64,000 nt of DNA, from the NCBI GenBank assembly GCA_002633005.1, contig NMRA01000012.1:310001-374000 (forward strand), written 5' to 3'. Position 1 is the first letter of the stretch; each line of letters starts with the position of its first letter. This DNA comes from Phoronis australis (taxonomy: Eukaryota > Animalia > Phoronida). Below are positions 52,996-64,000 of the stretch, one piece after another. The position numbers and the translations under genes are program-made. The notes beneath the pieces are model-generated. The model did no database searches, was not told where the DNA came from, and was given only the letters and a program-made list of their open reading frames with translations.

Positions 52996-53001
52996 AATAA
53001 A
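52996..53001 (+). terminator. Candidate NDST polyadenylation signal AATAAA (about 2 kb 3' UTR)
   Basis: AATAAA after a TGTA-rich, T-rich stretch and followed by a T/GT-rich tract; base skew reverses roughly 1 kb further on. Confidence 0.5.
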
Positions 53002-53509
53002 ACCCTTTAACCTATTCCTTGTTTTCACCAGTTGCTGTTAACAAGCTCGTTTGATGCTCAGGAGTTAAATTTGGACACTCAAGAGATTGTTTATACACAC
53101 AAAGATTTTACGAAACCAACCTCTGCGCTATTGGCTCTCCATTCTGAAAGTACCAATCGTGTATGAACAGACTTTTAGTTGGAAGCTTTCAATATTATTG
53201 ATTGCACTTGTCTTTGGAGCATTGTGGTAAACCTGGAAAAGAATTGGGACTACCAGCTGTTATCAATTTGCGTTTACATAACTGAGTGAATTTATGCCAC
53301 ACACTTGCTTCAACTTGCATGACCTGTGAAGGTTGTACAAACATGCACTGTTATCAAGAACTGTCCTGCAAGGTTGGGGTTGTTGACCTTGCAACTCCAT
53401 CTAGTTAACAAGGCAATTAACAACTAAACATGGGAGTGTTGGAATGGTTTTCATCAATGTGGCTTCTTTCAGTTTGGGGATTTAACTTCAAGCTTCTGAA
53501 ATGCAATGG

Positions 53510-54017
53510 TTAAAGTTGTGTAGGACCCTATAAAAATGAACAAATTTGGCAAATTTTGGAACATCGTATCTCAGAAATAAATTGGATTCACATGAAACTT
53601 TCAGATACAATGATTAACTCACTTATTCTCTGTAAGGTATTTTTTTAACAATGTTCCACTTTTGTGTGAGGAGCTATCCAAAATTATAGTACTTATGATT
53701 TTTATGAGAAATCTTGAAAGTTGATAAAACGCAAAATTATTTTAGAAAAGTAACAGCATTTTTGATAACTCACCTTGAACATTTATCTCAAATAAAATTT
53801 GATCGGTGATTAATACTGTTGTTTTGTTACCAATGTACCTTTCTTTTTTGGTAAATTTTACTAAAAGACACGTGACCCAATTACCAACAGTTTGCTAAAA
53901 AGTCAAAAATTAAGTTCTGCGGCCTTTCTACTTTCAGAAAAATATACACTTTTAAACTTTTCTACATATTTTGTCAAATTTTTGTCAAATGCACAGATAA
54001 GATCCACATAACCTAAA
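53510..54017. mobile_element. Non-autonomous TIR element between the convergent genes (same family as 14311-14800)
   Basis: Ends TTAAAGTTGTGTAGGACC and GATCCACATAACCTAAA are imperfect inverted repeats. Confidence 0.5.
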
Positions 54018-54623
54018 GAATGTACTTGGAAATCCTGTATAGGCAATGGAGTATACCAAGTGCACACTTGATTTGTTCACTGAGCAGCAATTTTGAATGC
54101 TAAGCGACATCATACGTACACTGCTCTAAAACATCAACTGAAAGTTGACCAGTACCTATTATAATAACAGTACAGACTACCACAATCACATGTACAACAC
54201 GCGTAATAAACACAAACAAAGGAGCATTTCGCACCACCAACAGTGCAGATTTAAATCTAAATCAATGCAATTATTTTTTAGCAAATCCATCAAGTACCTC
54301 TTTCAAATTCAAAAACCTAGATAAAGCTGTCCTTTTTGTTCTTCGGCTTATTCAGACTCCTTCATAATATCCATGAAGTGTGAGTGACAAGTCATTTAGT
54401 ATCACCTGTATACTTTGCTCTTGACTTGAAGTATTGTTGTACTGACTTCCAACAGTGTACTACACAGACATTAGGCATACGGTACACAGTGGGCAGGAAT
54501 CACAAAAAGTGTAGAAGTGGACAACACGTGGAAGGAATAGGTGAGGATTTCACTTTTAAATGCCAGTAACTGCCATTTTTACACCAAAACTAAATAACGT
54601 AAAAAGGTAATCTCAAAACAGCA

Positions 54624-54899
54624 TTAAACCCATGCTTTTTGTCAAACAACAAGCTCTCTTTCTTCACCATTTACTGCAGTAAAATTGGCCTTGTCTTGTT
54701 CCTTGCCTACTTTTGCGTAAAGTTAACTGTGGCTGGGGAAATCTCATATTTTGTAATTTCTTCAGACCAAACTCATAGCAGACGGTCAGTATTTCCATAG
54801 CCCGGAAATCATTTTTCATCAGAGTAAAGAACAATTAGAGACTTCAATTACACTAATAAACATCAAAACTTAGTTTTTTGACAGAAAGCATGGGTTAAA
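54624..54899. repeat. About 28-bp inverted repeat pair enclosing about 215 bp
   Basis: TTAAACCCATGCTTTTTGTCAAAC / TTTTGACAGAAAGCATGGGTTAAA. Confidence 0.6.
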
Positions 54900-55923
54900 T
54901 CCCGCTTTAATATTCTAGTCTCTGAGGCTTTTTAAAGTATTATTATGGCATGCAGTACCACACAAAGGTTTGAACACAATGATAACACGGTACACAGTAT
55001 TGTAAACGGTGGTCAGGGTATACCTAAGCTTGCCCTTGTCCTTTAAAAGCCATTAAATCTATAATTTACTTGAATGGCAAAACTGACCATCAAAGTTGAT
55101 ACAACACATTCATATTATACAATATTATACAATATTACCAGTGTCGAGTACTAGTCATTTTACCTTACAACATCACATCTGCTACACACAACAGCCAAAT
55201 ATTTATACATAAATTTGAAATTCAAAACAGCAGTGAACATTTTTAAGAAAAAAGAATTTTAAGTTCATATTTTTCTTTGCCTTTCCACAATCACACAAAA
55301 GAAAGTGTTCCGTTCACTCTTGACATTTTCTTGAAATACTACAGATTTAAGGAGCCTACTATGAAACACAAACTCAAGTGGCAGCAAGATCAGTATCAAA
55401 GTCTATAATGCTTGAAACAAGTCAACTTACAAGGAGACAACATACAACAAACTAACTTTTCCACGTACAAATGTAGTAAAAAGCTGGTCCTGAAGTGGCA
55501 CAGCACCACTCTCATTCTAAGATATTTACCCAAAAGGAAACACCAGACAAGCACTTGTCCTACTTCTTCTCACGCAATTGTACAGCACTATCTCGTATCC
55601 TAATTGTTATGTAATTCATCACTGTTATGCGGGCAAACTTTTATTAGTGCATTTTCAGTTGTGTCAGTTCTACATGTGGAATGTATTGTTCTTCCCTTAT
55701 TAATTAATTGAGAAAAGCCCAGCAGTCTACAAAGTAGGTAAGTCATGTAACACGCTTTTTTACATCTGCGACAAAGGAAAGTTCAATCCAACATGGGCTA
55801 ACTGGAATAAACTAAAAATATCAATACTTGGACGACAAATGCAAATTCTAAGAAAACGGAACAGTTCATAAAGTTCCAGCACTACCCTGACAATAGATTA
55901 CCTACAAACCAAAATGAGCAAAC

Positions 55924-56277
55924 TTGAATGACTGGATTGCCTAATGAGTCAGAATAATCAGTGGACTGAATTTTGAATGACTGGATTGTCTAACGAGTCA
56001 CAATTATCGATAGCACTGAATGTTGAATGACTGGACTGTCTAACGAGGCACAATTATCAACAACACTGAATTTTGAATGACTGGACTGTCTAACGAGTCA
56101 CAATTATCGATAACACTGAATGTTGAATGACTGGACAATCTAAACAGTCACAATTATCAGTAACACTGAATGTTGAACAGCTAGACTGCCTAGCCAGGCA
56201 GTTGTCTTTAACACAGAGTATTGAATGACTGGACTGTCTAACAACTTACAGTAGCCAGTAACACTGAATGTTGAATA
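55924..56277. repeat. Minisatellite, about 50-bp unit x7, in the ACSL 3' UTR region
   Basis: TTGAATGACTGGA.TGTCTAACGAGTCACAATTATC...CACTGAAT recurs at 55924, 55973, 56023, 56073, 56123, 56173, 56221. Confidence 0.9.
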
Positions 56278-56522
56278 ATACAATTCATTCAGACAACTGT
56301 GAAACTATACAAAATGCTTATGAAAGCCAATAGTTTGTGTTTTGCGTTAGCTAAAATTACAACTTCCCAGTTATTTTAGATAAGTAAAGAGATGTTGATA
56401 CTGTGACAATCAGTTTCCTACAAGAAGCCTTCACTTCCATAGAGTGAACAGAATGAATGACTGGACATGAGACATAAACTGCGCATTTTTAGAAAAGACA
56501 ATGCCATCAATGCCTTGAGCTA

Positions 56523-56672
56523 TCACAGTGAAGCGGCTCCGTGTTTTTTATACAAATCCGCTATCTCCTTCTCAAAGAACTTCTTCAGGTCATTTCTCTT
56601 GGACTTGAATGTTGGTGTGAGAAGACCGTTTTCCACACTGAATAGTTCGTGGTGCAGATAGACTCCTTTAAC
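56523..56672 (-). CDS. ACSL: ACSL terminal exon ([49 protein letters not shown])
   Basis: ATGCAG acceptor; TGA stop. Confidence 0.95.
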   Translation of the reverse strand, partial: VKGVYLHHELFSVENGLLTPTFKSKRNDLKKFFEKEIADLYKKHGAASL

Positions 56673-59600
56673 CTGCATACAAAGAGTCATAGTCATCTGT
56701 ACCAAGTCTAAACATTATGATATATTGACATAACATTAGCAGTAGCAGTTAATAAAACTGTGTCCAGGTAGGCAGTCAGCCTGGTATTCCTCTTACATAT
56801 TATACTCATATTGTTTTCGGAACAGAAGTGACATCACCAAAAAGTCACATGAGCTTTTCTTAAATCCTCTTATGCATGACTATAACAATTAATTGTGGGA
56901 AATATGTACAATAACAACATGTGAGTTGTAAATATATTTCTCACAATTCATCGTTATGGGCATGCGAAAGAAGGTTCGGCACTCCATTCTAACAAAGTCC
57001 AGAAATCACTTCTAAGCACAGAACGAAGCAAGTTCAGACCACTGTTAAGACCACAAGTGGCCTAAATCAAAACTATCTGAAAGAGGTGAAGTATTAAATA
57101 CTCACAAATGACAATAAATACTTTCAAACAAGCCAACACCTGCTCACAACAATTCACATTGGACTGAAACAAACAAACCTCTTTTTTATTCCAATTAACT
57201 CACCTGCTCAAATGACTTGAGTCCAGCTTTCCTTCCAATATTAACCATTTGCTGTAGCACTGCTTCATTCACATTCTGCAAAGATATAAACACTGTTACA
57301 GGAGGGTGTTGTGGAATTACAATCTGTTCTAGTCTAGACTAGAATACACTTTAAGTGACTGAAAGGATTGCCTGAGGTCAACCTCAGTGTTGAATCGAAC
57401 CTACAACCTATGTGGTCGTAGCCTAACACTTCAAAGGTGTAGCTAAACCCACTCAATAAATGCCAAGAGTATTTTAGTCGTATTTTACTGGTTAAGTCAC
57501 TGATGTAGATTTCAGCTAACATCTGGTGGATAACAATGAGAATTGACAATTTGCAATAAAATCACAAAAACATGATGTATTTTGTTGTTTTATAGCCCTA
57601 ATCAAAACTGATAACTTAAGAAATTTATCCCGTCTAATAATAATCCCTAAAATGCATTTTTTAGCACAAAAACCGAGTGTTCTCCTCGACCTGTTTTGAC
57701 TCGACGCAGTAACGAGTTTAAATTTTGCCGTGTCGAGTTTGGAGAATGCGCGTCGAGTTTGAAAAGTGCTACGCTAAGTTAAAACTTTGGCTGGCTTGGC
57801 ACTTTTGCCCTCAGAATCAAAAATGAGGGTGAATTTGCCAACATCAACCATAGTTCCTAATAATATGAGACAGTTAACAATACATATATGACTTAATTTT
57901 TGTAATAATATAGTGTTAATAATATAGTATTATTGCCAAAAAAAATCTGAAGAAATTCTTTTTCTAACATAATTTTATGGTGTCAGCTACCTTACCTTAA
58001 TAATTGACTGCCAGCAATATTATTTTAAATTTAAAATTTTGCACTTAAACCTGTAAATTAACAATCTGATATGCTTAGTTTAAAGGATTTTGATTTTTAC
58101 TGACATCTGGTAGCGAATTAGAATTTATTCAATTAGACAACAGGTGTCACTAAAAACTAGGTCACACCCTTAGTAGTATTTAATAAGTAGAATTCAAGGT
58201 ACCTAAACTACACGGTCAACGGACTCATAAACACGGGCATGGATGCATGAACAGAACTCACGGACCTGCAAACACCGTCCACTGACTCACAAACACGGGA
58301 ACGGACTCACAAAACACGATCCACGCACCCAAATACACGGGACACGGACTCATATTCACGAGGAAACACGGTTAACGGACCGCCAAACATGGGCCACGGA
58401 CTCATCAGCTTTCTGGGTCAGCTGACATCTCCATTTTGTCCGTAAACCATGTTTAGCGGTCCGTTAACCGTGTTTCCTCGTGAATATGAGTCCGTGTCCC
58501 GTGTATTTGGGTGCATGGATCGTGTTCTGCGAGTCCGTTCCCGTGTTCGTGAGTCAGTGGACAGTGTTTGCAGCTCCGTGAGTCGTGTTCATGCATCCGT
58601 GGGCCGTGTTTACGAGTCCGTTAACCGTGTAGTTTAGGTACCTTGGAATTGATACTAGAATTGACATTTTTATTATTAAAGGAACTTATAACCTTTAGGT
58701 TGATTTTCTGAGTCTGTAATGAATGCTTTGGAGGACTTATAGTGAAAGATTGGTAGGAAAGTCAAAAAGTAGGTCACACCAATTCAGTGTACATTTTAAA
58801 ATGTATGTAAATACACAGTGACCATGTTGTTAGGGAAAGAACAGTGTTTACTACTAACAAAAAAAAATTTGCGGCGAGTTTAGATTTTTTGTTGTGGAGA
58901 ACACTGTAATGTCCTTTTAAAAGTTTCCAGTACAACGTGCTTAAATTGCTAAATTACACAATGATACTGTGGACAGAGTGGAGTTCATTATTTGCTCGCA
59001 AGATAATAATCCTCAGTATACACTTGATTTATTGTTACTTGAAGTTGGGAGATTTTGACATCACCTAATTATAGCTATGCTTCATCTCACTTAACAGTAC
59101 TTTTATTGATAAAGTGCATAATTCATATATTAAGCAAGTAGTACAAAAGGCGACAATTAAAACAAACTAAAAGCAAACATCAGATAATTCAGCCATTTTG
59201 TTTTGTGTAATATGTTCATACTGACCTCATCCTGACACAACTTCTTCACACTTCCTGACAGTCCCAAGTTCTCATTCACCCACTTACTGAATGGGTCAAA
59301 GTCTGGCACAACCACTGCCACAAGGAAAGCCTGAAACGGGGGGGCATAGTGGGTAGAAACATCACAAGCAACACACCAACAAAACAGAGTGAAAAACTAT
59401 ACCAAAGTTATGAATATAAAGATTCAATAATGCTCAATTCTTGTCAGAGATTAAATTCTAAGATATGAGATTGCGCTTACTTGGGATACACAATGTGATC
59501 CAGTTGAAGTAAAAAATTACTATTCTAAGTCACATAGAAAAAACCTAACATTGAAGTTCGCCAACATCAACCTGAAGTGTGTAAGGTCAAATTTCACTAT

Positions 59601-61781
59601 GTGGCACCAATATCGTGCATTCACATGCAACTCTCAGTCCACAAACACTAACATGCTGCTTCTCTCATTTCTCTCCTTGCTAAAGCCAGATAAAGAAAAG
59701 AAGACATTTTCTTCATTTGTGCGACTTGACAAATATCAAAGGACTATACTTCTGGTAAGAGCTACTATGACTATGTTCTAGTGTGAGTGAATTTTTTTTT
59801 TTGTGTTTTCACAGCAAAAAAGAACTTGCTAGGTTAGTTAGACACCTAAAGGATGAGTCAATGGTACCTGTAAACTATCACCATGAACAAATGCTTGGGC
59901 CACAAGTGGCGCCCTCATGTAGACATTTTCTATCTTCTCAGGAGCGATGTACTCTCCTTGAGCCAACTTGAAGATGTGCTTTTTTCGGTCAAACAGTTTT
60001 ATTGTCATGTTCTGCAATAGAAGTCATAAGTTATAATACAGTAAAACAACACATCGTAATAAAATCACTGTAAATTAGGCAGTTTTTGCGCAAGTCAAAA
60101 ATGAACAAAACGCTCTTCCAGAAAGCAATTTAGAATGTAACCAAGTCTCAGACAGTATGCATGAAAAAGAAAGGACTTGGGCCAGGAAAAATTAAGTTAA
60201 TTTAGTAGCCAAAAAAACACATTACTGTGCATCAAGGCCAAGTTCTTCCTTACAGAAGAGCAAATGTTACGAAAAAAGGGAATTATAGTACAGTAGAGCA
60301 ACAACAACAAACTACACGCAAATCATCAAGGTGTCTTAAATACACAAAGTAGGCATGTCAAAGGAGACCTGGTTAATACGATATTTTGAAATTTTAACAA
60401 CGAAATCTTATACATGAGGTCACATTCATAACATGACTGGAAGCAGGTGCTTTAAAATCTCAGACTTCAGACAACAGTCACTGCAAGGTTTGACCTTTAT
60501 CTCTTTTTTTGAAAATTTCTTACATTTTGCGAATGCACAAAACTCTTCAAAACGTTGCCTGCTAGTTACTATGGCACAGAACCAGAAAATAGTGACAATT
60601 ACTTTTGTGTTACTTATCAATCAAAAAAAGAAAATTAAATAAATTTTCACTTGTTCGATAGTATGGTGACAACTTATTGTGCGCACAGACAACATTTTAC
60701 TTTACATCATGTGACTACCCACCTCAGTCCATTCTCCAATATCACCAGTGTGCAACCAACCCTCACTGTCTAGTGCCTCTGCTGTCTTCTCAGGATCACC
60801 GAGGTAACCTTTGAACACGTTGGTACCTTTTATACACACCTGAGGACAGACAAAAATTCATGTATCTCTGGAACCAAGTCTGCAACACCATAATGGTGTC
60901 CAGAGAAAGTCAAATCACCTGTTTCTTACCAGTGTGTCAAACAAACTGATTCAGGAGTCCGTTTGCAAGACAATAGGGTGTGGTGGCCTTTACATGTCAA
61001 GGATTGATAGCTGTGAACATGCAACAAATTAACAATTGTTTTTCGACAACCTGAACAGACAAATGATAAAATTTCAACACTATTACAATCATGGCAATTG
61101 AAGGCCCTTACTTTGCTATGAAAGAAATAGCAACATGTGATGCATCGTCATGATATGTTTGAATTTTCATGAAAACACGAGACTGGCTTGCATTTTACAG
61201 TGCCAGTCTGACGAGGAAGCGATAACATTGTACAGTAAATTATCTTGCTTCACTGTGTCTGATACTGAGACACTATGACTAAGGAAAATGCAGGTACTAC
61301 ATATCACAGTCACACTGTTAACGACTCAAGATCTTGACGATTCTGCCCAGATACACATCTGCTTTAATTTTCAAAACAAACAGTTTATGCCATGTGTAAT
61401 CACGATATTCCGCAATAATTTCTTACATTTTGATACACAATAATCATCATATTGTCTGCATGTGTAATGCTTACAAGACAGATAAAATGTTGCGTATTTT
61501 ATTCTTATGCTCAACAAGTGTGAACATACTGATATGAACAAAATGATTAAGGCACAATACCATGTAATCTGCACTTAAGCCTTTACAGCACAGAGACGCT
61601 GTAAAAGGCCTCGTCTTTGACAAAGTAAAATAAAATGTCCATTACTTATACCGTAACACAACGTTCTAAGAAACTTTACAATCATCCAATACCTCGCCTC
61701 TTTTATCCTTTGCAAAGTAGTTCATCTCAGGCACATCCATCAACTTAATATAGTTACATGGCAGAGGGAAACCAACATGGC
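56523..61781 (-). CDS. ACSL: Long-chain-fatty-acid--CoA ligase (ACSL1/5/6-like), 3' part: complement(join(56523..56672,57204..57275,59226..59330,59868..60011,60723..60839,61693..61781)); 5' exons lie beyond the window
   Basis: GT-AG exons join in frame: [96 protein letters not shown]. These are ACSL-family signature motifs. Confidence 0.96.
57204..57275 (-). CDS. ACSL: ACSL exon ([24 protein letters not shown])
   Basis: TTGCAG acceptor, CAG|GTGAGT donor, 72 nt. Confidence 0.93.
57675..58906. mobile_element. hAT-like non-autonomous element hosting a nested MITE
   Basis: Ends GAGTGTTCTCC...CTCGACGCA and TGCGGCGAG...GGAGAACACTG; no clear TSD. Confidence 0.5.
58195..58645. mobile_element. Foldback MITE, about 205-bp TIRs, 5-bp target site duplication GAATT
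   Basis: GAATT|CAAGGTACCTAAACTACACGG ... CCGTGTAGTTTAGGTACCTTG|GAATT; internal ACGGACTC subrepeats. Confidence 0.9.
59226..59330 (-). CDS. ACSL: ACSL exon ([35 protein letters not shown])
   Basis: TTTCAG acceptor, GAG|GTCAGT donor, 105 nt. Confidence 0.93.
59868..60011 (-). CDS. ACSL: ACSL exon ([31 protein letters not shown]...HGDSLQ)
   Basis: TTGCAG acceptor, CAG|GTACCA donor, 144 nt. Confidence 0.95.
60723..60839 (-). CDS. ACSL: ACSL exon ([39 protein letters not shown])
   Basis: CCTCAG acceptor, GAG|GTGGGT donor, 117 nt. Confidence 0.95.
61693..61781 (-). CDS. ACSL: ACSL exon ((G)[29 protein letters not shown])
   Basis: ATTTCAG acceptor, GAG|GTATTG donor, 89 nt. Confidence 0.94.
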
Positions 61782-61850
61782 CTGAAATGAAACCACCAAC
61801 ATTGACTATTATCTCGGGTAGACTGGACATAATTAGAATATATGAACAGA

Positions 61851-64000
61851 AATTGACAGGACAACTAAAAGGATTCCTGTACTTTGTAGATACCAACTGA
61901 CAGGACAACCAAAAGGGTGTCTGTATTGTGTAGATACCAATTGACAGCACAACCAAAAGGGTGTCTGTATTGTGTAGATACCAACTGACAGGACAACCAA
62001 AAGGGTGTCTGTATTGTGTAGATACCAATTGACAGGACAACCAAAAGGGTGTCTGTATTGTGTAGATACCAATTGACAGGACAACCAAAAGGGTGTCTGT
62101 ATTGTGTAGATACCAATTGACAGGACAACCAAAAGGGTGTCTGTATTGTGTAGATACCAATTGACAGGATAACCAAAAGGGTGTCTGTACTGTGTAGATA
62201 CCAACTGACAGGATAACCAAAAGGGTGTCTGTACTGTGTAGATACCAATTGACAGGATAACCAAAAGGGTGTCTGTACTGTGTAGATACCAACTGACAGG
62301 ATAACCAAAAGGGTGTCTGTACTGTGTAGATACCAATTGACAGGATAACCAAAAGGGTGTCTGTACTGTGTAGATACCAACTGACAGGATAACCAAAAGG
62401 GTGTCTGTACTGTGTAGATACCAATTGACAGGATAACCAAAAGGGTGTCTGTACTGTGTAGATACCAACTGACAGGATAACCAAAAGGGTGTCTGTACTG
62501 TGTAGATACCAATTGACAGGATAACCAAAAGGGTGTCTGTACTGTGTAGATACCAACTGACAGGATAACCAAAAGGGTGTCTGTACTGTGTAGATACCAA
62601 TTGACAGGATAACCAAAAGGGTGTCTGTACTGTGTAGATACCAATTGACAGGATAACCAAAAGGGTGTCTGTACTGTGTAGATACCAATTGACAGGATAA
62701 CCAAAAGGGTGTCTGTACTGTGTAGATACCAATTGACAGGATAACCAAAAGGGTGTCTGTACTGTGTAGATACCAATTGACAGGATAACCAAAAGGGTGT
62801 CTGTACTGTGTAGATACCAATTGACAGGATAACCAAAAGGGTGTCTGTACTGTGTAGATACCAATTGACAGGATAACCAAAAGGGTGTCTGTACTGTGTA
62901 GATACCAATTGACAGGATAACCAAAAGGGTGTCTGTACTGTGTAGATACCAATTGACAGGATAACCAAAAGGGTGTCTGTACTGTGTAGATACCAATTGA
63001 CAGGATAACCAAAAGGGTGTCTGTACTGTGTAGATACCAATTGACAGGATAACCAAAAGGGTGTCTGTACTGTGTAGATACCAATTGACAGGATAACCAA
63101 AAGGGTGTCTGTACTGTGTAGATACCAATTGACAGGATAACCAAAAGGGTGTCTGTACTGTGTAGATACCAATTGACAGGATAACCAAAAGGGTGTCTGT
63201 ACTGTGTAGATACCAATTGACAGGACAACCAAAAGGGTGTCTGTACTGTGTAGATACCAATTGACAGGACAACCAAAAGGGTGTCTGTACTGTGTAGATA
63301 CCAATTGACAGGACAACCAAAAGGGTGTCTGTACTGTGTAGATACCAATTGACAGGACAACCAAAAGAGTGTCTGTACTGTGTAGTTTCCAACTGACAGA
63401 ACAACCAAAAGGGTGTCTGTACTGTATAGATACCAATTGACAGGACAACCAAAAGGGTGTCTGTACTGTGTAGATACCAATTGACAGGACAACCAAAAGG
63501 GTGTCTGTACTGTGTAGATACCAATTGACAGGACAACCAAAAGAGTGTCTGTACTGTGTAGTTTCCAACTGACAGAACAACCAAAAGGGTGTCTGTACTG
63601 TATAGATACCAATTGACAGGACAACCAAAAGGGTGTCTGTACTGTGTAGATACCAATTGACAGGACAACCAAAAGGGTGTCTGTACTGTGCAGTTTCCAA
63701 CTGACAGAACAACCAAAAGGGTGTCTGTACTGTATAGATACCAATTGACAGGACAACCAAAAGGGTGTCTGTACTGTGTAGATACCAACTGACAAGACAA
63801 TCACAAGAGTGTCTGTACTGTATAGATACCAATTGACAGGACAGCCAAAAGGGTGTCTGTACTGTATAGATACCAATTGACATGACAACCAAAAGAGTGC
63901 CTGTACTGTGTAGTTTCCAACTGACAAGACAACAAAAGGGTGTCTGTACTGTATAGATACCAATTGACAGGACAACCAAAAGGGTGTCTGTACTGTGTAG
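61851..64000. repeat. Intronic minisatellite, 44-bp unit (TAGATACCAATTGACAGGATAACCAAAAGGGTGTCTGTACTGTG), about 49 copies, runs off the window
   Basis: Directly visible; explains the 44-aa periodic ORFs in all three minus-strand frames. Confidence 0.98.

Noticed and set aside
61666-63979. Three long ORFs (769, 655, 704 aa) on the minus strand
   Set aside because: Translations of a stop-free 44-bp tandem repeat; only 61693-61781 is a real ACSL exon.
61851-64000. Possible CRISPR array
   Set aside because: Head-to-tail units with no unique spacers, no cas genes, eukaryotic intron context.

Overview
Eukaryotic (animal, invertebrate-like) genomic DNA, AT-rich and intron/repeat-rich; no prokaryotic features, CRISPR arrays, rRNA or intact tRNA seen. 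Two convergent spliced genes are supported. (1) A complete + strand heparan sulfate N-deacetylase/N-sulfotransferase gene (NDST/sulfateless-like, CDS 26959-50995, 12 exons per isoform, 887 or 888 aa). (2) The last six exons of a - strand long-chain acyl-CoA synthetase (ACSL1/5/6-like, 61781-56523). The main discovery is that the NDST exon carrying the metal-binding His motif of the deacetylase active site occurs as two intact, divergent tandem copies (33722-33837 and 34620-34738). Their splice phases force mutually exclusive use. Between them lie a recursive-splice-site-like AG|GTAAGT and a cluster of (U)GCAUG motifs. The window also holds an in-frame uORF before the NDST start, a Kolobok-like THAP + P2X7-C-terminal-like relic, LINE and Penelope fragments, several MITEs, three minisatellites, and four gap-flanking duplications that look like co-assembled haplotypes. 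Coordinates were read by hand and no database searches were run.
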